Source of the DNA: an uncultured delta proteobacterium
Lineage (GTDB): Bacteria > Myxococcota_A > Bradymonadia > REDH01
Length of the DNA stretch: 25,000 bases
Direction: 5' to 3'
Assembly: GCA_903912275.1 (NCBI GenBank)
Contig: CAIWGR010000068.1
Span: 1-25,000 of the forward strand
Of the stretch, positions 16,201-22,740 are shown piece after piece (position 1 is the stretch's first letter; each line of letters starts with the position of its first letter). The notes under the pieces were generated by a model that saw only the letters and a list, made by a program, of their open reading frames with translations, ran no database searches and was not told where the DNA came from. Position numbers and translations under genes: made by a program.

Positions 16201-16791
16201 GTCGACTGCCGCGACCCCTCCTGTGTTGCTGATGCCGCCTGCCTCGAGGTCTGCACCGGCGGCCGCGACGAAGACCTCGACGGCCTCGTCGACTGCCGCG
16301 ACCCCGACTGCTCCGCCAACGCGGCCTGCCCCGAGAACTGCACCAACGGTGTCGACGACGACGCAAACGGACTCGTTGACTGCGTCGATCCCGACTGCCG
16401 CCTGACCGGCACCTGCTGCATCCAGGACCTGCTCGAGAACAACGACGCCATCGCCACCGCCACCCCGATTGCCGCGTGGCAGGCCCGCATGGGCACGGCC
16501 GTCACTGTCTCCACGGGCGACGACGACTTCTACGCTGTGCCCGTCTGCGCGGGCGTCTCCATCCAGGCCACCGTCAACTTTGTGAACGCCAACGGCAACA
16601 TCGACCTCGAGCTCCGCAACGCCACCGGCGCCTCGGTCCTCGCCTTCTCCCGCTCGCTCGCCAACAACAGCGAGACCATCACCTACAACGCCGTCCGCAC
16701 CGAGACGCTCTTCCTCCGGGCCACCATGGCCGCTGTGCTCTCCTGCTCCTCCTACACCTACAACTTCACCATCAGCGGCAGCTGCCCCTGA
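13210..16791 (+). CDS. Large modular Cys-rich lipoprotein 2, ~1193 aa (Myxococcus Cys-rich repeats, MopE-type metal-binding repeats, beta-sandwich/PPC-like domains)
   Basis: ATG 13210, MKLNLRRSALPALLTLLAA-C lipobox. It has two CGDG...E.CDDGN-type repeats and five ERCDGLDNxCD-type motifs. DxDxDG loops are present (YYRDADADGAG, WYRDGDNDGAG). There are two related beta-sandwich modules (YxWxAPRAGxYxF), about ten DGxDxDxDGxxDCxDxxC repeats and a C-terminal PPC-like domain (ENND...DDDFY...GNIDLEL). Confidence 0.88.
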   Translation: MKLNLRRSALPALLTLLAACGTEVASRDRTENGGEDTASTDTAVDTAPDGSGDTGTSDTTLDTGGSGDTGTDTGTSDTTLDTGGSGDTGTVEPVCGDGTVDDGESCDDGANNSDTAPDACRTDCLPASCGDAILDSGESCDDGNLDPQDGCDANCKEEISLERLCTPCVSDASCGSAFSCVTLDTFICTLDCSADGLCPADYTCLNATDIAGGPGRFCIPDAGSCAACEDLDGDGRGPTASCIAPDCNDNNNQIFVGAPERCDGLDNNCDGATDTGCSCIDGNTTPCGLTEGSCELGTQTCVAGVWGACVGGIEPAAERCDGLDNDCDGTVDDFAVDAVRYYRDADADGAGAGTSYTLACGPDRTFTVTNDTDCDDTLATVRPGLEERCDGLDNDCNAATVDGRDELSIGTSCDGADLDLCAEGRIVCAASTLTCDEPAGDALESCDGLDNDCDGSIDEGVIGAPTWYRDGDNDGAGGSAVTTTACTAPSGYVATATDCDDTRITVYPGAAEVCADGLDNNCDTFFDCADSNCASLPACQVVEICNNALDDDGDGLIDCLDSGCAAEPACAVGTCLDFDLGASVGDAVALDTIVFAGGAATSNDTNTSCGGAVSSDRAYLWHAPRAGTYTFSISAADYIWVMSIRPPSCTALDYVCAAQDTLVGPGISRFFRAGEQTLITVDGLSGAEGTFTLNINPSEAGACTDATDNDADGLTDCDDSDCATDAACPELCTDGRDNNGDGLIDCDDPSCATAPLCISTYCPVGDLGSVLGTPVISATTVGSTNYFTGVCGGGSGPELTYTWTAPRAGAYRFDTRPRTTTSATDTVLYVRRGVCTTQELGCDDDIASAGTGTSTLPSEVFLNMTAGEQVTIVVDSYYAAGGAFDLTIANAETGACRDGVDSDGDLLVDCFDPDCYGSNAAGTCTEICNDGIDNNANGQLDCLDTACSLDRWCDEICTDGRDNDGDTLVDCADPDCATNAVCIEVCTDGIDNDSDGFVDCRDPSCVADAACLEVCTGGRDEDLDGLVDCRDPDCSANAACPENCTNGVDDDANGLVDCVDPDCRLTGTCCIQDLLENNDAIATATPIAAWQARMGTAVTVSTGDDDFYAVPVCAGVSIQATVNFVNANGNIDLELRNATGASVLAFSRSLANNSETITYNAVRTETLFLRATMAAVLSCSSYTYNFTISGSCP
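13366..13479 (+). repeat. 57-nt tandem duplication encoding (DTGTSDTTLDTGGSGDTGT)x2
   Basis: Units at 13366-13422 and 13423-13479 differ at only 2 synonymous positions. Confidence 0.9.
15985..16419 (+). repeat. Five tandem 87-nt (29-aa) Cys/Asp-rich coding repeats
   Basis: Units start at 15985, 16072, 16159, 16246 and 16333, an exact 87-nt period. Consensus is ExCTDGxDNDxDGxVDCxDPxCxxxxxC. A sixth, slightly longer unit lies just upstream. Confidence 0.9.
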
Positions 16792-16892
16792 GCAGGACGA
16801 AGCCCCAAATCGTCGCCGGCGCTGCAACAACCCGTCGCAGACGACGATAACTCCTCCAGACCGCACCAACGGTGCGCAACGAGGAGGATCAC

Positions 16893-17327
16893 ATGGCGAC
16901 CCGAAGGACGAAGTTTCTGAGGCTGACTGCGCTCGTCGCGCTACTGCTCGCCGGCTGCGCCGCGGAGTGGGAGGAGCGCGCAACAACGGCCGAGGGGCTG
17001 CGCCTCCCGGGCCCGATCGCAGAGACCCATGCGATCGTGGACGGCAGCCGCGACCCGCTCATCGTCCGAGAGGGTGCGTTGCTCCGCGTCCACTGCCTCG
17101 CCTTCGATGCCGACGGGCTGGTCGCCCCTTCGCTCGGCCTCGTGCCGACGCTGCATTCGGGCATCGGCCTCGCCAAGGTGCGGCGTGAGGGCTGGCTCGA
17201 GATCTACGAGACAGGCCGTGTCGAAGTTGCCTGCGACGCACCCCACGCCACCGTCCGCACCACCCTCCTCATGATCGAACCACGCCTGGAGCAACCCCGC
17301 GCCGTGGCAGTCGCTCCTGCGCTCTGA
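16893..17327 (+). CDS. Small hypothetical lipoprotein, possibly a single Ig-like domain
   Basis: GAGGAGG precedes ATG 16893. Lipobox LLLAG-C, then a beta-strand pattern with two further Cys (LRVHC...VEVAC). Confidence 0.65.
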   Translation: MATRRTKFLRLTALVALLLAGCAAEWEERATTAEGLRLPGPIAETHAIVDGSRDPLIVREGALLRVHCLAFDADGLVAPSLGLVPTLHSGIGLAKVRREGWLEIYETGRVEVACDAPHATVRTTLLMIEPRLEQPRAVAVAPAL

Positions 17328-17368
17328 CCTGATTGCCTCCGCCCGCGGAGCGAACGGCTCTCCGACGC

Positions 17369-18211
17369 CTAGGCGCTCGCGCTCTGTGCCAGCCATCCCG
17401 GCAGCGCCGGCAGCGCGTTGCGCGCCTCCGTCAGCAGCCGCGCCCGTGTCGCATCCACCTCGGACGACCGACACCAGAGGCGCACCCGCAGCACCGTCGA
17501 CCCTTCGCGAAGCTCCTGCACTGCAACGGAGGCTGCCTCGTGGTGCTGCGGCCTGTCTGTCGGGTCGTCACTGACCTCCGATTGAATCGGCTCCGAGAGC
17601 CCCGCTGCCTCCACCCGCCTTGCCACCGTCAATAGCAGCTCTATCGCTGCGGCCGCATCGACCGCATGCGGCACCGGAACCAGCGTATCGAGACGCCGCA
17701 TGGGCTCGGTGGTGAAGTTCCGGATCTCTGCGCCCCACACCTTCGAGTTCGGCAGCGACACATGCACATTCTCGGCGGTCCGAAGCTCCGTAGACATCAG
17801 CTTGATCGCGCGCACGCGGCCCTGCACACCGCCCGCCTCGATCTCGTCGTTCGACTTGAAGGGCCGGAACATGAGCAGCGCGACCCCCGAGGCCATGTTG
17901 AGCAGCATGCTCTGCAACGCGAGCGTGAGGCCAAGGCCGCTGGCACTCACAAAGGCGACGAGCCCTCCCGTCCCCACGCCCGCCACCACCATGGCCACAC
18001 CGATGCTCACCAGGATGCAGACCATGCGGGTCATCTGCCGCGCGAAGGGCGCAAGCTCATGGTCGATCTCGGTCGATCGCAGCACACCGTCGCGCACCCA
18101 ATTGGCAACCCGCCCCGATTGCCAGATGCCGATGGCTGCGACGGCAATGCCCACCCCGCCCGAGAGGTGTGGGATGGTGGTCACGCCGAAAAGTGAATCT
18201 GCAACTGCCAT
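17369..18211 (-). CDS. mscS: Small-conductance mechanosensitive channel (MscS family)
   Basis: TM3/beta-domain signature LTLALQSMLLNMASGVALLMFRPFKSNDEIEAGGVQGRV...LPNSKVWGAEIRNFT..MRRLD. A purine-rich RBS precedes ATG 18211; ATG 18256 is an alternative start. Confidence 0.88.
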   Translation of the reverse strand: MAVADSLFGVTTIPHLSGGVGIAVAAIGIWQSGRVANWVRDGVLRSTEIDHELAPFARQMTRMVCILVSIGVAMVVAGVGTGGLVAFVSASGLGLTLALQSMLLNMASGVALLMFRPFKSNDEIEAGGVQGRVRAIKLMSTELRTAENVHVSLPNSKVWGAEIRNFTTEPMRRLDTLVPVPHAVDAAAAIELLLTVARRVEAAGLSEPIQSEVSDDPTDRPQHHEAASVAVQELREGSTVLRVRLWCRSSEVDATRARLLTEARNALPALPGWLAQSASA

Positions 18212-18351
18212 GGCCCTTCCCCTCAAAACTGCGCGGGTTGACACTGCGTCGCGCATGGTTGACCATGTAGAAGAAACAACCGGAGAGAGGCAACTTGCGC
18301 GCGGCGCAGCGGTCACTTGGTGTTGCCCCTGAAGTGGAACGGAGCGTTGTG

Positions 18352-20376
18352 ATGCGAACCCTCAGATGGACTGCCCTTCTTGCCGCCGCGGTTCTCACGG
18401 CCTGTACAGCTGCCTCCACGGCAGGCTCCGGCGCCGCGACCGCCGACTCAGGTTCCGCAGACAGTAGCGTTGCCGACACGGCGCCAGCCGACACGGCCAC
18501 CGATACCGCAGTTGCAGACACCGAAGCGGATGGCGCGACCGACACGGCCACCGATACCGCCGACGAAGAGGTCACCGGCGACCCCGTCGGAACACCCTGC
18601 ACCGCCGACAGCAGCTGCGCCAGCCGCGACTGCTACATCGCCGATCCACAGCTCACCGAAGGGCTCTGCTCCCAGCTCTGCGGCATCGATGCCGACTGCC
18701 CCGCTGACTGGCAGTGCATCGCGGAGGCCGGCACCACCGACGCCCAGCGGAGCTGCATCCCCACCAACTACTGCTACGACCTCGACGGCGACAACTTCGG
18801 CATCGGGCCCGGTTGCACGGGCCTAGACTGCGACGACTTCAACAACGCCATCAACCCGCAGGGTGCGGAGACCTGCGACGGCCTCGACAACGACTGCGAT
18901 GATCAGATCGACGACTCACCGGTCGGACTCGGCGTTGCCTGCGACAGCGGCTTCCCCGGCGTTTGCGCCACAGGAATCCTCGCCTGCGACGGCGGCTCGC
19001 CTGTCTGCAACCCCACCCAAGCTCCCTCTGCCGAGCTCTGCGACACCATCGACAACGACTGCGACGGCCTCGTCGACCAGACCTCCGACGGCGCCCCGCT
19101 CTCCCGCCCCTGCTACGACGGCCCTGTCGGCACCGAGGGCGTTGGCCTCTGCGCAGGCGGCCAGCAGTTCTGCGGTGACGGCGCCTTCGGCAGCTGCGAG
19201 AACGACCTGCTCCCGACCGCGGAGCTCTGCGACGGCCTCGACAATGACTGCGATGGCGTGACCGACAACGGCGACCCGGGCGCCGGCGTTATCTGCAGCA
19301 CCGGCCTGCCCGGCCTCTGCGCCGCCGGCGTCACGGTCTGCGTGGACGGCGCCGTGAGCTGCCTCGCCAACATCGGCAGCACCGACGAAGAGTGCGATGG
19401 CCGCGATAACGACTGCGACGGACTCGTCGACGAAGACGCCGACGACTTCGCCCTCACCACCGCCTGCTACGGCGGCCCCGATGGAACCGCCGGCCTGGGC
19501 ATCTGCGCGGAGGGCTTCGCCACCTGCCGCCGCGGCGTCTACGGCGCCTGCCAGGACCAGATCATCCCCGCCACGGGCGAGAGCTGCGACCTGCTCGACA
19601 ACGACTGCGACGGCCTCGTGGACGAAGACAACCCGGGTGGCGGCCGCATCTGCAACACCGGTCTGCTCGGCGAGTGTGCGCTTGGTGAGACCAGCTGCCT
19701 CGAGGGCGTGATCGCCTGCACCCCCAACCTCGCCGCCTCCGAAGAGGTCTGCGACGGCCGCGACAACGACTGCGATGGCCAGATCGACGAAGACGACACG
19801 GGCGCAACCCTCCAGCGCGGCTGTTACGCGGGCCCGGACGGTACCGTCGGCGTAGGCGAGTGCCGCTCCGGCGTGCAGCTCTGCGTGGGCGGAAGCTACG
19901 GCGGCTGCGCCGGCCAGGTACTCCCCACCACCGAGACCTGCAACGAGCGCGACGACAACTGCGACGGAACGCAGGACGAGGGGCTCGGCGTCACCCTCTA
20001 CGCCGACGCCGACGCCGATGGCTACGGCGACCCCGCGGTCAGCCGCGTTGCCTGCACGGCCACCGCCGGCTGGGTCGTCGACAACCGCGACTGCTACGAT
20101 GCCAACTTCAGCGCCAACCCCGCACAGACGGGCTACTTCACCGCCAACCGCGGCGACGGCAGCTTCGACTACAACTGCAGCGGAACAGACGAACGGCAGT
20201 TCACGGCGACGGGAAGCTGCTCCTGCAACGTCCTTGCGGGCAACGTCCTCGTCGAGGGCTGGCAGGGCTCCGTGCCGGCCTGCGGCGCATCGGCCGAGTG
20301 GTTCAACCAGTGTAGCTCGGTGCTGCTCTTCATCTGCTCGCCGGGAACCGAAACCCGCCCCCAACGCTGCCGGTAA
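18352..20376 (+). CDS. Cys-rich repeat lipoprotein 3 with seven MopE-type (CDxxDNDCDG) motifs
   Basis: GGAG, then ATG 18352, MRTLRWTALLAAAVLTA-C lipobox. D(S/T)-rich linker, seven ExCDxxDNDCDGxxD-type motifs and a C-terminal YADADADGYG...FDYNC Cys-rich domain. Confidence 0.88.
   Translation: MRTLRWTALLAAAVLTACTAASTAGSGAATADSGSADSSVADTAPADTATDTAVADTEADGATDTATDTADEEVTGDPVGTPCTADSSCASRDCYIADPQLTEGLCSQLCGIDADCPADWQCIAEAGTTDAQRSCIPTNYCYDLDGDNFGIGPGCTGLDCDDFNNAINPQGAETCDGLDNDCDDQIDDSPVGLGVACDSGFPGVCATGILACDGGSPVCNPTQAPSAELCDTIDNDCDGLVDQTSDGAPLSRPCYDGPVGTEGVGLCAGGQQFCGDGAFGSCENDLLPTAELCDGLDNDCDGVTDNGDPGAGVICSTGLPGLCAAGVTVCVDGAVSCLANIGSTDEECDGRDNDCDGLVDEDADDFALTTACYGGPDGTAGLGICAEGFATCRRGVYGACQDQIIPATGESCDLLDNDCDGLVDEDNPGGGRICNTGLLGECALGETSCLEGVIACTPNLAASEEVCDGRDNDCDGQIDEDDTGATLQRGCYAGPDGTVGVGECRSGVQLCVGGSYGGCAGQVLPTTETCNERDDNCDGTQDEGLGVTLYADADADGYGDPAVSRVACTATAGWVVDNRDCYDANFSANPAQTGYFTANRGDGSFDYNCSGTDERQFTATGSCSCNVLAGNVLVEGWQGSVPACGASAEWFNQCSSVLLFICSPGTETRPQRCR
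18931..19989 (+). repeat. Three higher-order 118-119-aa coding repeats in lipoprotein 3
   Basis: Units start at 18931, 19285 and 19642 (spacings 354 and 357 nt). Each unit is spacer A, MopE motif, spacer B, MopE motif. Confidence 0.85.
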
Positions 20377-20379
20377 GCC

Positions 20380-22644
20380 GTGAGGCGCGCTCCCTCCGCG
20401 CCGCATCGGCCTCGAGGACTCCCGGGGCTGTTCCTCCTCTTTTTGCTGTCGTTCCTGCAGCCCGCCGTGGCGGAGGCCAACTGGTCGGCAGTTTGGGACA
20501 GCTTCTGGCCGGAGTATGTGACCGTTGGCCCCGAGGGTGTGAAGGTCTTTGTGGGCTACCTGCATCCGTCTGAACCGGTGGGGAAGTGTGACACGTCACC
20601 TGAGCGGATGGTGCCGTGGAACGATTCATCCCGTTCTCTCCGCTACCCCATCCTGATAACCTTGGGTGTCACAGCCAGCGATCCGTCGACGCCGACGGGC
20701 GTCTTGGAACTGGCAGACGGCGAGGCTGCGTTGCTGCCTCTCGCGGCCGCCTGCTTCCGGACGAATCCGACGCAGACGGATGTGTCCCAGTTCAGCGGTG
20801 AGAGAGCCGAGTTTAGGCTGCGCTGGCTACCGGGTCAGCAACGCCCTGCTTCCATCGATGTGGTGAAACCGTTCAGACGCCCCGTTCCCGCTGGGCAAAT
20901 GGCTGCCATGCTGGACTGCCTCAGCACTGCCATGGTCAGCGAACCAAGTTTGGCGGGTCCGGCGCGTGAGCGCACGATGAGGCTGCGCTACCTCTCACCT
21001 CTAAGGTCGAACTGTCTGGGTGGGCCGCCCGAAGGCGGTCCGTCAGAGCTGATTGCCCTTCGTCCCCAGTTCAACCCGCCGCGCCGTTCAAAGGAATCCA
21101 AGGCGCCCCGCCGCAGCAAAAGCTGGCTGGAGCGCCACGCCTGTCTGGAGGCCGAGCTCCTTCGCGTGGCGTCGCCTCCCGCGGGCACGGTCACCCAGAC
21201 CTTCATCCCCGTCGAGAGGAACACCAGCATCTCGCCGGCGTTCGGACCGGGCGTGGAGCAGGCCAAGCAAGAGGTCGGGCAGTGTCTCAAGTCGGTCGGT
21301 CTTCCAGAGGGCGTGGCAGAGCTGGAGGTCTCCTGGCCCGTCGGATCAGGAGGGCGTCTTGGCGCCGGCAAAATTGTTTCCAACCAGGTAGTTCCACCTG
21401 CGGCGCTTCCCTGCCTTCGGCGCGCGATCGCCCGCGTGTCGCTTCCGCCAGTGCCGGACGGCTTCCCCAAGTTCCGCTTGGCGTTCCGCGTCTATACGCG
21501 CTCCGTGGAGGCGCCGCCGCCCTCTTGCAGTCCCCCCGGGTGGGCTGCAGAACTGTCGGGCACCCCCGCGGAGTGGGCAGCAGAGCTGTTTGACAGTCCC
21601 CCCCGCGACTCCCTCTTGTTCGTCCTGCCCTATGCACTGATCGCGACCCCGCTCCCTGTTCTGCCGGTCGAGCCCCCTCTGCCTCCACCTCCTCCACCTC
21701 CTCTATTTTTTCTACCTCCTCCACCCCCTCCACCTCCGGCCGTAACAACACGCGTTGGCTCAGGCAGACCGCCGCCAGAGTCGTTCGGTTTCATGCCGCC
21801 GGCACGCGCCGAGCTGGATGCAATGCAGCGCTGCTTGGATAGCTGCGTTGCGAACAATCGCTGGTCAGAAATCGGCTCGAAAGCGCTCTCGTCAGCCGTC
21901 GTAGAGGTCTATCCTTGGTGCGACGAGCCGCCGGAGTTGGGCACCATCGATTGTGTTCCTCCTTCGTTGGCTGAGCTGGGGCCCTCTTGCGCCAAACAGT
22001 GCCTGCGCCGGGCGAATGTTGCGGGCTCGCTCTTTCTGGGAGCTCATCCGGACGACTTTGTCCAACCTGAACCGCCACCTCTGCTTGCGCTGGTCTTTGA
22101 TGGATCGAAAGGGGATCCGAGAGGATTGGCGAAGCTGGCCGTCGCAGCGCAGCCCGCGGTGCAACGCTGCTTTCTCGATGCCGCAGAGGAGGAGGCGGTG
22201 CCGGATTGGGTGAACCTCCGGATCAAGTACGAGGTCGATGGCCGCGTCGCGAGCGTAACCGGCTGGGAGGGGAGGGGTAGCGATGAGCTGATCGGTTGCC
22301 TGGCGCGGGTTGCAGCGAAGTGGGATACTCTCAAGCCCTTGCGCGTTTACGCGGAGTCGGCCCGCTCATTGATGCTGGTCTTGCTCCGCCGCGACCCCCG
22401 CGCCGTGCGCATCGCGGGATGGGAGCTAGGCGTTCGTCGCGGAATTCGATTCGAGAGCCTCGACCCGCTCGAGCCCTCAACCAGCGCCCGCCTGCTGGCT
22501 GGCTTCAAGCGCTACACGTTCGGCCTCGTCGGGCTCGAAGAGCATTCCAGTGCGATTCTTAAGGCCTCCCTCGCCCTGCTGCCGGCCTACCTGCTGTTGC
22601 GCGCCTTCCGCCGCCGCCGCCGCGCCGATTCGCAATCTGATTGA
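20380..22644 (+). CDS. Hypothetical exported, C-terminally anchored protein with several AgmX/PglI C-terminal (TonB-C-like) domains and poly-Pro tracts
   Basis: 754-codon ORF starting 3 nt after the previous stop. N-terminal hydrophobic signal (LFLLFLLSFLQPAVA). Repeated two-Cys modules (VQRCF...GRVASV...LIGCLARVAAKW; VGQCL...GRL...LPCLRRAIARVSLP). Pro7 and Pro8 runs, and a C-terminal hydrophobic helix followed by RRRRR. The domain assignment is by eye. Confidence 0.65.
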   Translation: MRRAPSAPHRPRGLPGLFLLFLLSFLQPAVAEANWSAVWDSFWPEYVTVGPEGVKVFVGYLHPSEPVGKCDTSPERMVPWNDSSRSLRYPILITLGVTASDPSTPTGVLELADGEAALLPLAAACFRTNPTQTDVSQFSGERAEFRLRWLPGQQRPASIDVVKPFRRPVPAGQMAAMLDCLSTAMVSEPSLAGPARERTMRLRYLSPLRSNCLGGPPEGGPSELIALRPQFNPPRRSKESKAPRRSKSWLERHACLEAELLRVASPPAGTVTQTFIPVERNTSISPAFGPGVEQAKQEVGQCLKSVGLPEGVAELEVSWPVGSGGRLGAGKIVSNQVVPPAALPCLRRAIARVSLPPVPDGFPKFRLAFRVYTRSVEAPPPSCSPPGWAAELSGTPAEWAAELFDSPPRDSLLFVLPYALIATPLPVLPVEPPLPPPPPPPLFFLPPPPPPPPAVTTRVGSGRPPPESFGFMPPARAELDAMQRCLDSCVANNRWSEIGSKALSSAVVEVYPWCDEPPELGTIDCVPPSLAELGPSCAKQCLRRANVAGSLFLGAHPDDFVQPEPPPLLALVFDGSKGDPRGLAKLAVAAQPAVQRCFLDAAEEEAVPDWVNLRIKYEVDGRVASVTGWEGRGSDELIGCLARVAAKWDTLKPLRVYAESARSLMLVLLRRDPRAVRIAGWELGVRRGIRFESLDPLEPSTSARLLAGFKRYTFGLVGLEEHSSAILKASLALLPAYLLLRAFRRRRRADSQSD

Positions 22645-22740
22645 CCTTCAATCGTCGCCACAATACCACGCGGGCGGTCAGCTAAGGTTGCGTGTCGCCA
22701 TTTTTGGCCGCCGTCGCTGCCCTACCGTCTGGGAGTCGCC

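Noticed and set aside
12156-20565. Long minus-strand ORFs (539, 607 and 549 aa)
   Set aside because: They mirror the repeat lipoproteins; their own repetitiveness (AVAVVV...) is the reverse complement of the Asp/Cys codons.
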